This document shows positions 17,222 through 27,267 of a DNA stretch of 64,000 nt, one piece after another. The stretch comes from Bacteroidales bacterium (GTDB taxonomy: Bacteria; Bacteroidota; Bacteroidia; Bacteroidales; UBA4417). The translations under genes were made by a program, and so were the position numbers. Below the pieces are notes generated by a model. That model was not told the DNA's origin, did not search any database, and worked only from the letters and a program-made list of their open reading frames with translations. Numbering within the stretch: position 1 is the stretch's first letter; the number at the start of each line of letters is the position of its first letter. Location of the stretch: assembly GCA_963677975.1 (NCBI GenBank), contig OY782677.1, positions 2,524,229-2,588,228 of the forward strand, in the 5' to 3' direction.

Positions 17222-18289
17222 TTACTTCTTAAAACGCAGGAAACTGTTCTGTGTGATGGAAATAAGCGGGACATTTCCGATAAATTCTTCCAGTGTCCGG
17301 GTTCCTACATACGACATATGTGTAGCCAGGTAATCCTTGAAATTGTCGACCCAGCCGGCGAGTGTATATTCAACAGGCTGCATACGTGTAACACCTTCAG
17401 AGGTCCTGATGGCTTCATTTCCCAGTGCTCTCTGGACTTCCTTGGTGCTCATGCCCCGGAATTTTTTATAAAATTTGGCACCGCTCTGAAAAGCCATCTT
17501 CACATTTGCGTGGTATTGATTAACTTTTTCTCCCGGCTCCGTATAACCATCAGTGTGGTGTACGTTTGCCCTGAAAGTTTCACCGGCTGATTCAAGCGTT
17601 TTGTTAAGTATGGATCCTACCATGCAATAATTTGCTCCGAGAGCCAGTGCTTTGCATATATCTGCAAAATCTTTCAAGCCACCGTCGGCAACCAGTTTTG
17701 CCCTCGTTGAGGCAATCGGATTCAATTGCCTTATTTCATCAATCAGCGAGGCCATAGGATAGCCTACACCTGTATTCTGGGTAGTCAGACAACCGGCTCC
17801 GTTCCCGATTCCCACGCGCACGTAGTCGGCCCCGGCATCGTTCAATATTTTAAAAGTATTGGGATGAGCTATATTCCCGACCATCAATACAAGTTTGTCT
17901 CCATAAAACGATTTGGCTTTTTCGACCGATTCGAGCAAGTCGCGCATATGACCGTTGGCGATATCGATAAGGATATGTTTCTTATCGGTATATTCAAAAT
18001 CGAGGTTACCATACACTTCTTTGAAAGTTTTCAGGCTGATTGCTGTCCAGCAGGGATGAGCAGTCTTATACTCTGTAACCGAAGTGCGCGGAATAATAGG
18101 GTATATTTTCTGTTCTTCGAAAATCTTAAAGTTCTCCCAGTCGATAACGGTATCCATCGGTGCTGTGAATAAAGGGAGCATCCCGTTCTCATCGAAAACG
18201 CTTATTTCTTTACGGGAATTAATATCACTTATTTCACTTGGTGGAACCAGCAGATCGTTGAAATCAAATTTTGGTGTCAGGTTAATCAT
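17222..18289 (-). CDS. GMP reductase / IMP dehydrogenase-family oxidoreductase (no CBS insert)
   Basis: The track ORF begins at a TTG at 18349. The ATG at 18289 gives MINLTPKFDFNDLLVPPSE, a GMPR-like N-terminus. Other blocks: FTAPMDTV, and GNIAHPNTF..GADYVRVGIGNGAGCLTTQNTGVGYPM carrying the catalytic Cys loop. Confidence 0.75.
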   Translation of the reverse strand: MINLTPKFDFNDLLVPPSEISDINSRKEISVFDENGMLPLFTAPMDTVIDWENFKIFEEQKIYPIIPRTSVTEYKTAHPCWTAISLKTFKEVYGNLDFEYTDKKHILIDIANGHMRDLLESVEKAKSFYGDKLVLMVGNIAHPNTFKILNDAGADYVRVGIGNGAGCLTTQNTGVGYPMASLIDEIRQLNPIASTRAKLVADGGLKDFADICKALALGANYCMVGSILNKTLESAGETFRANVHHTDGYTEPGEKVNQYHANVKMAFQSGAKFYKKFRGMSTKEVQRALGNEAIRTSEGVTRMQPVEYTLAGWVDNFKDYLATHMSYVGTRTLEEFIGNVPLISITQNSFLRFKK

Positions 18290-18420
18290 TTTAAAATAGT
18301 CTTTTATTAATTTATCAGTTTTCAGGCATGCGCAATCATCTATCAACAAGTGTATTCCCTTGGTTGGCAGTGAATAAAAAAATCAGTTGCTACGTTGGAT
18401 TTTTTTCGAATTCTAAAAAA

Positions 18421-19674
18421 TTACTCGTAACGCAGGGCATCAATCGGGTCGAGTCTGGCGGCTTTCACTGCCGGGATTATACCTGAAGCAAGAGCTACAA
18501 TGAAGCATAAACTTACGCCCCAAATAATCCAGTTCCAGGGCACAATAAAACTGGTGCCAATCGAAAGGGCAAGGGCATTTCCGATCCCAATGCCCAGAAC
18601 TATTCCCAGAAGGCCACCGATCTGCGCAATAACAATGGCTTCGGCAAGGAACTGGTTCCGGATGGTTTTTTTTGTGGCTCCTATAGCTTTCCGGATTCCA
18701 ATTTCACGCGTACGTTCTGTAACGGATACCAGCATTATATTCATTAAACCTATTGCCGCTCCAAGCAGTGTAATCGCCCCGATTACAATAGCAGCCATCC
18801 TCAGGTAGCTGAGGCTGTCGAACAACATATTGGCGAGGTTATCGCTTTTAGAAATGTCGAAACTGTCTTCTTCTCCCACTTGTTCCTGGCGGATAATACG
18901 GAACACCCCGGTAGCTTCATCGATGGCAGCCTCCAGTTTTGACCCATCGGCAACATGAATGTTAATACTGTACGATGCTTTCGGTCGGGCAAAACGCTGC
19001 CTGGCATTATTTATAGGAATCAGGCATACATTATCGGGATTAAATCCCAGGCTTGTACCTTTCTCTTTCAGCAGGCCAACAACAAGGTACCTTCCGGGAC
19101 CTATGAAAACGAATTTGCCAAGGGGATCTTCCTTGTTTTTAAATACCTTTTTAACAACATCGCTTCCAAGCAGAACAACTGAAGAACCATAATATACTTC
19201 AGTAGGCGACATATTACGCCCCTGCACAATTTCGTTCCCTGAAGTAATTATATAGTTTTCATCGCAACCGATTACCGGTACATTCGGATTGGTTTTATTG
19301 CTTGTGAATTTGACTGTTGCAAGGTTTGTTGCATAGATAAAAACCGAGGGGGTTGCCGGAAAAGTATATGTTTCTTTAAAGCGGGTTGCTTCCTCAAACG
19401 TGATTTCCCTGAAATGTTTCGGCTTACTGTTGTTGTTCCCGATACGAACCTGCATAGTACGGTTACGTATTGTAAATGTATTGGCTCCCATCATCTGGAA
19501 GTTATCATTCAGGTAGTATTTTATAGCATCAATTGATGTAAGAATGCCAACAAGGGCCATAATACCGAAAGCTATTATCAATACTGTCAGTGTGGTACGC
19601 ATCATATGACTCCTTACCGATTGCATCGAAATACGGAGGTTCTCAAGTACAAGGCTGCCCGAATATAATTTCAT
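18421..19674 (-). CDS. ABC transporter permease, MacB/FtsX family
   Basis: N-terminal TM helix, a large periplasmic domain, and a C-terminal FtsX block (TERTREIGIRKAIGATKKTIRNQFLAEA). Confidence 0.85.
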   Translation of the reverse strand: MKLYSGSLVLENLRISMQSVRSHMMRTTLTVLIIAFGIMALVGILTSIDAIKYYLNDNFQMMGANTFTIRNRTMQVRIGNNNSKPKHFREITFEEATRFKETYTFPATPSVFIYATNLATVKFTSNKTNPNVPVIGCDENYIITSGNEIVQGRNMSPTEVYYGSSVVLLGSDVVKKVFKNKEDPLGKFVFIGPGRYLVVGLLKEKGTSLGFNPDNVCLIPINNARQRFARPKASYSINIHVADGSKLEAAIDEATGVFRIIRQEQVGEEDSFDISKSDNLANMLFDSLSYLRMAAIVIGAITLLGAAIGLMNIMLVSVTERTREIGIRKAIGATKKTIRNQFLAEAIVIAQIGGLLGIVLGIGIGNALALSIGTSFIVPWNWIIWGVSLCFIVALASGIIPAVKAARLDPIDALRYE

Positions 19675-19818
19675 TTTCTGAAGTGTATTTTGGTAAATAA
19701 ACTCTGATCTGTTAAAGTACCCTCAAAGCTGATAGCAAGCCTGAACAGTACTATTAATTCATGGTAAAATTAATGAATTAAATTACACTTGAAGGAAAAT
19801 TAATTGCTTATATATTGC

Positions 19819-20343
19819 CTAGAAAAGTGAGATGGCAGATGACATAAACAATGACCAGAATATCACGGATCCGATAAGGTAATAAACTAAGTACCTGTTT
19901 GAAGTATAGTATCTTGTTGCAAGGAATGTGCCTACTGGAATTGACAGTAGAACAGGTGTAAGAACCACAATGCCTACCAAACCATATTTTCTGACTGCTT
20001 TAACAATCAGTCTGTTGCGACGTGTAAATATCCGGGCTGGGATAATATGTGGCAGTTTCATATTAAGAAAATCATAGATTTTCACACGTAGTGAATGAAA
20101 ATAATAAACAAAATATCGGGTGTATAGCAACACAATCCATCGGCTCAGGAAAAAGAAAAATACTACCCCGACAATTCCGCCTGCAGTGGTCGAGAGCCAG
20201 GTCTGTATAAAGTTTAAGCCCATCCCGAACGAGAGGGCAGGAGCAACCAGGAATTTAATGGTGCTTACTGCAAATACAATCAATATTTTAAAGAATCCTG
20301 ACAATGTGTATACGTTTATAGCATAACGTATAATCTGCAACAA
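19819..20343 (-). CDS. Small multi-pass membrane protein, unknown function
   Basis: Four or five hydrophobic segments. The only available start is a TTG, so the start is uncertain. Confidence 0.5.
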   Translation of the reverse strand: MLQIIRYAINVYTLSGFFKILIVFAVSTIKFLVAPALSFGMGLNFIQTWLSTTAGGIVGVVFFFFLSRWIVLLYTRYFVYYFHSLRVKIYDFLNMKLPHIIPARIFTRRNRLIVKAVRKYGLVGIVVLTPVLLSIPVGTFLATRYYTSNRYLVYYLIGSVIFWSLFMSSAISLF

Positions 20344-20387
20344 TGTTGTTGCAAAGAAGGAAAATTAAAAATTATTTTTATGGGAGT

Positions 20388-21038
20388 TTAAACTTTCTGA
20401 CCGTAGGCGAGATCACCTGCATCGCCCAACCCGGGAACAATATATCCCTGTGCTGTAAGTTCGTCATCTAAGGCTGCAATCCAGATAGTTGTTCCGGATT
20501 TAGGCAGCATACGTTTTATATATTCAACACCCTGAACGCTGGCTACAACCGAAACAAAATGAGTATGAGCCGGTTTCCCATGACTTTTCAAAGCTTTGTA
20601 GGATGCAACCATCGACTGCCCGGTAGCGAGCATCGGGTCAGTCAGGATTAAAACACGGTTTTCGATGTCAGGGCTCGAGACGTATTCGACCTGGATTGAG
20701 AATTGATCATCCTTCCGGTGTTCGCGGTATGCTGAAATAAAGGCATTATCCGCATTGTCGAAATAATTTAGCATTCCCTGGTGCAAGGGTAATCCGGCCC
20801 TCAGGATTGTAGCAAGTACAGGTACATTTTTCAAAACCGAAACTTCAGCTGTACCCAGTGAGGTTATAACCTCTTTGGGTTCATAGTCAAGTGTTTTGCT
20901 GATCTCGTAGGCAAATATTTCGCCTATGCGTTCCATGTTGCGTCTGAAGCGCATGCTGTCCTGCTGAATAGATGCATCACGCAGTTCACGCATAAACAGA
21001 TTGACTACTGAGTTTTTTGTTCCGATATTGATTACCAT
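20388..21038 (-). CDS. upp: Uracil phosphoribosyltransferase
   Basis: PRPP-binding loop (VLILTDPMLATGQS) and C-terminal YIVPGLGDAGDLAYG. Confidence 0.9.
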   Translation of the reverse strand: MVINIGTKNSVVNLFMRELRDASIQQDSMRFRRNMERIGEIFAYEISKTLDYEPKEVITSLGTAEVSVLKNVPVLATILRAGLPLHQGMLNYFDNADNAFISAYREHRKDDQFSIQVEYVSSPDIENRVLILTDPMLATGQSMVASYKALKSHGKPAHTHFVSVVASVQGVEYIKRMLPKSGTTIWIAALDDELTAQGYIVPGLGDAGDLAYGQKV

Positions 21039-21121
21039 AGTCCCGAATGTTATTCTTTTATTAACCTTTTTCCGATCTGCTGATCTTACAAAAATAGCAA
21101 TTTGGCTGTTCTGATGACAGC

Positions 21122-22072
21122 TCAGATTATTTTTTTTATTTGTTTCCTCGAAGCCTGCCAGATTTTCATGGCAGATTGCAGAATTCGCGGCAGAGTGTTA
21201 CTTGAATAGCGTTGGTATATAACTTTAATGGCTCCGAAACTACCGTAAAATCTTGCCAAACCGGCATCGTTTGATCCTTCGAAGTCGAGAGTAAGCGGAT
21301 TTCCTGCATTTTTTCGTATAAATTCATCAATCAGCCAGGGCATGGCATTCAATTGTTTACCGCTTTGTGTTACTGCCGAGAACAGGAAAATGGCTTTCCT
21401 ATGGCTTGTTACCCATAGTATCGCTGCAACCAATTCGTTTTTTTCGTCAATTGCTCCCCTGATTTCACCCAGGCCTTTTTTTATGCTTTCTTCCGCAATA
21501 CGCTTTATAAGCATGTAATGGCTTAAATCCAGATGTTTCAGATCCTGTCCCTTGTTAGCCCTGAACATAGCAATGATTTCATCGGAACTCACATTTTTCG
21601 CAATACTTAGTGCGTTCCGGCTGGCTTTTTTAAGATTCCTTTGCAAGTTGGACTGATAGCCTGTTGCTATTTTTTCGTAATCTCCCGACAGGTCGAGCTC
21701 TAAATTGGTCATTTCCGATTCAGGGCCAAGCCCGGGAATGAGGTTTGATGAATTGAGATAGATAAAAATATACCTGAAATCGGAAGGAATATGCTGTAAA
21801 AACTCATCCACTTTACCTTCGGGTAAAGGTGATTGGAAAAAAACACCTAACTGCTGGGTAAAATAGGGTTGCCGCAGGTATTTAATCCCGGCTTTTGCAA
21901 AAACAGGTAATGGAAATACTGTTTCATAATTATCTTCAACCAGGGCACACCATCCAGGGCTGACAATATCAAGAAACCATGAATTGGCATACAGATTCCC
22001 GTTTATGGCACGGCTAATGCAAATATCCCATTGCACTTTATCAATAGAGTTGTGTTGCAGAAACCTTATCAT
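21122..22072 (-). CDS. GNAT/FemAB-like acyltransferase-fold protein
   Basis: Overall size and pattern resemble BioF2-like/FemAB GNAT proteins. No strong motif was found. Confidence 0.45.
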   Translation of the reverse strand: MIRFLQHNSIDKVQWDICISRAINGNLYANSWFLDIVSPGWCALVEDNYETVFPLPVFAKAGIKYLRQPYFTQQLGVFFQSPLPEGKVDEFLQHIPSDFRYIFIYLNSSNLIPGLGPESEMTNLELDLSGDYEKIATGYQSNLQRNLKKASRNALSIAKNVSSDEIIAMFRANKGQDLKHLDLSHYMLIKRIAEESIKKGLGEIRGAIDEKNELVAAILWVTSHRKAIFLFSAVTQSGKQLNAMPWLIDEFIRKNAGNPLTLDFEGSNDAGLARFYGSFGAIKVIYQRYSSNTLPRILQSAMKIWQASRKQIKKII

Positions 22073-22142
22073 CTTTTTAACAAAGGAGAATTTAATGGAT
22101 GCTGGTGCTGATTATTTTCTTTTTCAACCCCGGAAACAGCAA

Positions 22143-23450
22143 TTATTTTTTCAATGCTTCTTCGGCCATACGGATATAAACATCGAGCCATCCCGGGCCG
22201 GTAGTTTCTTCGTCAAATGCCTGGTTATGCCACAATGGGATGAATGTGCCGCCGACGCTCTTAACTTCAGCAATAAGTTTGTTTATGGTTTCGGTTGCCT
22301 GCTGAGGTGTAAGTTTCAGGTAAGAATAAAGGGTTCCGTCCATAACTGCGAAAGGATGTACCATAAGGCTGGTTGACATATCCAGGTCAAGGTCGAAAAA
22401 AGGAAAGGGTGTACAGATTGAAGCTCTGAATCCTGTTGCCTCGGCATAACCCATGGTGTAATCATGAACAATATCGTTATTGATCAGGTTCCTGTAAGTT
22501 TCGGGCAGGGTCAACTTCAGGAAATGCTGGCGGCTGCGGTCAATTTCCAGCTTAAGGATTTTTGAAAGCCGTGCTGTTTCCATAACCATTAATGAAGGTT
22601 GCAGCGATGATGCATAAGAAGGATGAATCCCTATGTCGGCATAATCTCCAAGGTACCTGATCAGCCTGCGGAAATACCTGTTGTTATGAGGTATGTTTTT
22701 ATCGTTAGGACCATAATCGGCAAGCAGGATAAAATAAATTGAGCGGTAACCGTATTTCTGCTGTAATTTCATCTGGAGGTCAAATGTGTCGAAAGGATCA
22801 TGCTCCCGCCTTAATAAAACCATTATCCTTTTGCGGACTTCCTGATAGTTTTTGTTTTGCATTTCACGCAGCATGCCGCCGATTGCCCTTGTAAGTCCTT
22901 TGTTTTTATAAGCGTACGCCGAATCTACATCAACAGTGGGAATAAATTCAAATACCGGAGTTGAAAACCTTAGCCCGGGAAATCGGTTTTGAAGAACTTC
23001 CCGTATAAGCAGCGACCAAATGTTAACAAGAGGTTTCTGGAGGTACCCGTGTTGGTAGGCATCGCTGCCTTCGGCCAGGAATCGGTTATGCTGATCGCGG
23101 AGATGTGGCAGGTACTCTTCGAACCGGCTTACCAGGTAAAATGCAGCAGCAAACGGATCGAAAGGCAAAGCCGATTGTTTATTCGACACAGGAAAAAAAG
23201 CAATCTCACCATTGAAATTAAAATGATTCAGGTCTTTCCCAATAATTTTGCTTTCGAAAAGCAAACCCGTTGAAGCAAAAAAGAGAAGTCCTTCATCTAC
23301 CTTTACACCATACGAAAACTTTGGCCCATCGAAATCTTTAAAAAATAATTCCTTGTCTGTAAACTCTACATCCAGGCCAAGGAGCCTGGTAAGCATAAGC
23401 TGCATGGTGTAGCGCAGCCTGTTAGTCTCTTTCGGAACCAGAATCAGCAT
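22143..23450 (-). CDS. Polysaccharide-deacetylase-like protein
   Basis: Long ORF directly upstream of the GNAT-like gene. It loosely resembles the deacetylase (NodB-like) fold family. This is a weak call. Confidence 0.45.
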   Translation of the reverse strand: MLILVPKETNRLRYTMQLMLTRLLGLDVEFTDKELFFKDFDGPKFSYGVKVDEGLLFFASTGLLFESKIIGKDLNHFNFNGEIAFFPVSNKQSALPFDPFAAAFYLVSRFEEYLPHLRDQHNRFLAEGSDAYQHGYLQKPLVNIWSLLIREVLQNRFPGLRFSTPVFEFIPTVDVDSAYAYKNKGLTRAIGGMLREMQNKNYQEVRKRIMVLLRREHDPFDTFDLQMKLQQKYGYRSIYFILLADYGPNDKNIPHNNRYFRRLIRYLGDYADIGIHPSYASSLQPSLMVMETARLSKILKLEIDRSRQHFLKLTLPETYRNLINNDIVHDYTMGYAEATGFRASICTPFPFFDLDLDMSTSLMVHPFAVMDGTLYSYLKLTPQQATETINKLIAEVKSVGGTFIPLWHNQAFDEETTGPGWLDVYIRMAEEALKK

Positions 23451-23621
23451 TGTTTATTAAGATATAAAGCAAAAATACATTATTTATCGCAAGTCTTCTC
23501 TGAAACGCTTTTTTTCAACCGTCATTGCATCCGGACCTGAAATTTCGTTTATATCCCTGCAATCCGTATCCCTTTTTATTAACAACCCTGCACCAGTAAA
23601 GCGAATTGTTTTACCTTTGAG

Positions 23622-23629
23622 TCAGGATA
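23622..23629 (+). promoter_or_regulatory. Candidate -7 promoter box (TACCTTTG)
   Basis: Lies 69 nt upstream of the dnaX ATG. Confidence 0.45.
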
Positions 23630-23697
23630 TCACTGCTTCCCCGCTTGGTTGAGAAAGGAAGGAGGAATAGGGGTAATTAATTAATTTCCTGGTAAAT

Positions 23698-25611
23698 ATG
23701 GATAATTTTATTGTATCGGCACGAAAATACCGTCCGGTAACTTTCAATACAGTAGTCGGGCAGGTTTCTATAACCGGAACGCTTAAGAATGCTATTCGCA
23801 ATAATCAGCTGGCCCAGGCTTTCCTGTTTTGCGGCCCCAGGGGTGTTGGTAAAACCACATGTGCACGTATTCTTGCAAAAACTATCAACTGCCTGAACCC
23901 TACGTCCGAAACCGAACCCTGTAACGAATGTACATCATGCAAAGCTTTTAACGATTCGGCCTCATTCAATATCCACGAGCTGGATGCCGCTTCGAACAAC
24001 AGCGTTGATGATATCCGTAACCTTGTAGACCAGGTGCGTATACCGCCGCAGATGGGCCGCTACAAAGTTTATATTATTGATGAGGTTCATATGCTTTCAA
24101 CGCAGGCTTTCAATGCTTTCCTGAAAACCCTTGAAGAGCCCCCGGCTTATGCCAAATTTATTCTGGCTACTACCGAAAAGCACAAGATTATACCTACTAT
24201 TCTTTCGCGTTGCCAGATATTTGATTTTAAGCGCATTACAGTTGATGATATAGCCAGGCACCTGGCGTTTGTTGCAAATAGCGAAGGCGTTACTACCGAT
24301 CCCGAGGCATTGCATATTATCGCTCATAAGGCAGATGGCGCTCTGCGCGATGCCTTATCGGTATTCGACCAGATGGTTAACCTTGGTGACAGGAATATTA
24401 CCCGCGAACTCGTTCTCGAAAATCTTAATGTGCTCGACTACGAATATTATTTCAAGATCATGGATTACATCCGTACCGGAAATTATAAGGATACTTTGCT
24501 GATTGTGAACGAAGTAATTGATAAAGGCTTCGACGGGCAGCACTTTATTACCGGTTTGGGTGAGCACCTGAGGAATCTGCTGATGAGCGTGGATCCGGCA
24601 ACCGTGAAACTGATCGAAACCAGTGAAAGCATTCGTACAAAGTATTCAACTCAGGCACGCACAGTCTCATTACAGTTACTGATCGATGCACTTGATATTA
24701 TAAATAAATGTGATGTTACCTACCGTACATCAAATAACAAAAGGCTTTCGCTCGAAGTGCCTCTGATCCAGATCTGCAGGCTTAGTGGCCAGATGCAGAT
24801 GCCTGAAGTAACCATAATACCGGCAATCCAGGTAATTCCTGCAACGGAAGCGAAACAGGCAGCTCCTTTGCGGGTTGAGGCTGCTGTTGAACAAGTTGCA
24901 GCTGTTGCTGAACAGGTTGCAACATTTGTTGAGCAGGTTGCACCAGTTGCACCTGTCGTGGAAGCCGCTGTTGCTCCTCTGATTAAGGAAGAGCCGCTTG
25001 CTGAAATTGAACCACCGGCCGCGGTTATTGAGATCCCTGCCGTGAACCATCCTGCTCCAGGTGTTATAGCTGATCCGCTTACAGAAGTAATAAAAGAAGC
25101 TGAAAAAGTTGTTGTTCTGGTAACTGAACATGATATGCCTGTGCAATCACATCATTCCTCCAGTTTTTCGATTAAGTCGGTTACCCAATCCGACCAGCTG
25201 GCTAAATCAGTTAAGATGGAGCAGGTTTTTGATCGGACCGAAGAATTCGACATCGAAAAAATTGAAGAATCGCTCAACCGGTATGCGGAATTAAAGAAAG
25301 CCGATTCAGCATTGTACTATGCAGCCTTAACATCGTATAAGCCAGTCCTGGCTGGTGGCAATGTATTACAGATTACGGTTGGTAACACTGTTCTCGAGAA
25401 GGAACTGAACGAACGCCGCAATGCATTGCTCGAATTCCTGCGAAATGATATGAAGAATGATTTCATAACATTACAGGTTATTGTAACCGAACAACAGTCG
25501 GAAACTAAAAAGTATATGAACGACCGCGAGAAATTGGATGCTATGGCGGCTCAAAATCCGAATGTGAACAAACTCCGTGATCAGCTCAACCTGGAATTGG
25601 ATTTGCAATAG
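23698..25611 (+). CDS. dnaX: DNA polymerase III subunit gamma/tau
   Basis: Walker A (GPRGVGKTTCARILAK), Zn module (CNECTSC), DEVHML, and sensor motifs (SRCQIFDF). Confidence 0.95.
   Translation: MDNFIVSARKYRPVTFNTVVGQVSITGTLKNAIRNNQLAQAFLFCGPRGVGKTTCARILAKTINCLNPTSETEPCNECTSCKAFNDSASFNIHELDAASNNSVDDIRNLVDQVRIPPQMGRYKVYIIDEVHMLSTQAFNAFLKTLEEPPAYAKFILATTEKHKIIPTILSRCQIFDFKRITVDDIARHLAFVANSEGVTTDPEALHIIAHKADGALRDALSVFDQMVNLGDRNITRELVLENLNVLDYEYYFKIMDYIRTGNYKDTLLIVNEVIDKGFDGQHFITGLGEHLRNLLMSVDPATVKLIETSESIRTKYSTQARTVSLQLLIDALDIINKCDVTYRTSNNKRLSLEVPLIQICRLSGQMQMPEVTIIPAIQVIPATEAKQAAPLRVEAAVEQVAAVAEQVATFVEQVAPVAPVVEAAVAPLIKEEPLAEIEPPAAVIEIPAVNHPAPGVIADPLTEVIKEAEKVVVLVTEHDMPVQSHHSSSFSIKSVTQSDQLAKSVKMEQVFDRTEEFDIEKIEESLNRYAELKKADSALYYAALTSYKPVLAGGNVLQITVGNTVLEKELNERRNALLEFLRNDMKNDFITLQVIVTEQQSETKKYMNDREKLDAMAAQNPNVNKLRDQLNLELDLQ
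24889..24951 (+). repeat. In-frame 3 x 21-nt tandem repeat inside the dnaX linker (EQVAxxx heptads)
   Basis: Units: gaacaagttgcagctgttgct / gaacaggttgcaacatttgtt / gagcaggttgcaccagttgca. Confidence 0.85.
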
Positions 25612-25618
25612 TATTCAG

Positions 25619-26569
25619 ATGACAGGTTTTCAGCAAAATAACCGGGTTGTTTATGCCATGGGCGAAACAGTTCTTGACCTGGTTTCGGATGGAGCTTACA
25701 GTATGAAAGTTATTCCTGGTGGTTCGGTTCTGAATGCATCTGTTTCGCTGGGCCGCATGGGAGCCGAAATTTTCCTGCTTTCAGAATTCGGAGGCGACAA
25801 AGCAGGCGATCTTATCGAAGTTTTCCTTACTCAAAATCAGGTTCATACTGACTTCTGCATTCGTAATACGGCTCATAAAACCTCGCTGGCCCTGGCTTTT
25901 ATGGATGAATTCAAAAAAGCTTCTTACTCTTTTTATATCGATTCGCCCGAAAAACTAGTGCATAATTGTTTGCCTGGATTTACAAAGGACGATTTCCTGC
26001 TATTCGGTTCATTTTACTCTGTGAAGTCCGACCGGAAAGACTTTGTGCTCGAAACACTCTCAAAAGCAGTTAAAGCAAACTCAACTATTTATTATGATCT
26101 GAATTTCCGGACTTCGCATGCCGGTGAACTGGAATCTCTGCTGCCGGTTTATATGAATAATATTTCGGTTTCGACAATTGTAAAAGGATCGGATGAGGAT
26201 TTTTATAACCTTTTCCAGCTGACTGATCCCGTCGAAATCTACAATTTTATTAAACCTTATTGCAAAGTACTGATCATTACCCGCGGATCGGAACCTTTGC
26301 ATGTTTTCACCCCTTCTATTATAAAAACATACAAAGTCCCGTCTTTTGAGCCTGTTTCCACTATTGGTGCTGGCGATAATTTCAATGCCGGGTTTATATT
26401 TGGGCTTTCCCGAACTTCAATCGGATCCGATTCCATTGAATCTATTTCAGAAACAGATCTTGATAGAATTACTGGCTGTGGGCTGGCTTTTGCTACCGAA
26501 ACTTGTCTTTCGGAGCAAAACTATATACTTGGAAATTTTGAGGATGATTTCTGGAAGAAATATATTTAG
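25619..26569 (+). CDS. PfkB-family carbohydrate kinase (fructokinase-like)
   Basis: The ATG at 25619 lies just after the dnaX stop. GAGDNFNAGFIFGL is the PfkB signature 2. Confidence 0.8.
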   Translation: MTGFQQNNRVVYAMGETVLDLVSDGAYSMKVIPGGSVLNASVSLGRMGAEIFLLSEFGGDKAGDLIEVFLTQNQVHTDFCIRNTAHKTSLALAFMDEFKKASYSFYIDSPEKLVHNCLPGFTKDDFLLFGSFYSVKSDRKDFVLETLSKAVKANSTIYYDLNFRTSHAGELESLLPVYMNNISVSTIVKGSDEDFYNLFQLTDPVEIYNFIKPYCKVLIITRGSEPLHVFTPSIIKTYKVPSFEPVSTIGAGDNFNAGFIFGLSRTSIGSDSIESISETDLDRITGCGLAFATETCLSEQNYILGNFEDDFWKKYI

Positions 26570-26606
26570 CGTTACTTTGTACTCCATAAAACCGAAATCC
26601 TTTACA

Positions 26607-27182
26607 ATGAAGAAGAAAATAGCGAGGTTTATTTTGAAACTTATCGGTTGGAAAGTTATTATGAACATACCACCGGACATAAAAAAAATGGTGGTCATGA
26701 TGGCACCACATACCAGCAACTGGGATTTTCTGCTGGGCTGGCTCGGATATTTGTCGATAGGGGTTGAATCGAAATACCTGATTAAAAAAGAAGCTTTCTT
26801 TTTCCCATTAGGTGGTATTTTAAAAGCTTTAGGTTCTATCCCGGTCGATCGAAAGGCCAGTACTAATATTGTTATTCAAGTGGGCGATATGTTCCGGAAG
26901 TCCGATTATTTTTATGTTACAATTACTCCTGAAGGTACCAGAAGCCTTAACCGGAGCTGGAAACGTGGTTTTTACTATATAGCCGAAAATGCTAAAGTCC
27001 CGATAGGGTTTGGATTTCTTGATTACAAAAAGAAAATCGGTGGAATAGGAGGGATTCTTTTCCCAAGTGGAGATTACAATGCCGATTTGAAAAAGATAGA
27101 AGCATTTTATTCCGACAAGCAAGCCAGGTATCCTGAAAAATTCAATCTTAGCACTCAAAACAGAAAGCAAGAACCTGCCTGA
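26607..27182 (+). CDS. 1-acyl-sn-glycerol-3-phosphate acyltransferase-like (PlsC family)
   Basis: The start is refined to the ATG at 26607 (MKKKIARFILKL). HX4D motif (HTSNWD) and ITPEGTRS block. Confidence 0.8.
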   Translation: MKKKIARFILKLIGWKVIMNIPPDIKKMVVMMAPHTSNWDFLLGWLGYLSIGVESKYLIKKEAFFFPLGGILKALGSIPVDRKASTNIVIQVGDMFRKSDYFYVTITPEGTRSLNRSWKRGFYYIAENAKVPIGFGFLDYKKKIGGIGGILFPSGDYNADLKKIEAFYSDKQARYPEKFNLSTQNRKQEPA

Positions 27183-27267
27183 TTATAAAATCGTATGCAG
27201 AATGTCCTGGTTGCGTACCACCAATGTTTTCAGGATAGTTTTAATTTCTTAAGAACCTGAATATACA

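Noticed and set aside
23395-23451. My hand count put the start codon of the 22143..23450 gene one base further right, as if there were an extra C near 23400. That would suggest a frameshift.
   Set aside because: The computed ORF track shows one continuous 435-aa frame. I attribute the discrepancy to my manual reading and have used the track coordinates.
23451-23697. Possible SRP RNA (ffs/4.5S) upstream of dnaX, a common synteny.
   Set aside because: I could not find the conserved helix-8 motif (GGAA tetraloop flanked by ..AGG..GGAAGCAGC..) on either strand. The distance from the candidate -7 box to the dnaX ATG is about 60 nt, too short for an SRP RNA. It is more likely a plain 5' UTR.
25240-25275. 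Programmed -1 frameshift site in dnaX (E. coli-type A AAA AAG), which would yield a gamma subunit.
   Set aside because: The only long A-run I saw (gaaaaaatt, near 25255) is not in the X XXY YYZ register, and it lies far downstream of where gamma normally ends. I found no convincing slippery heptamer.
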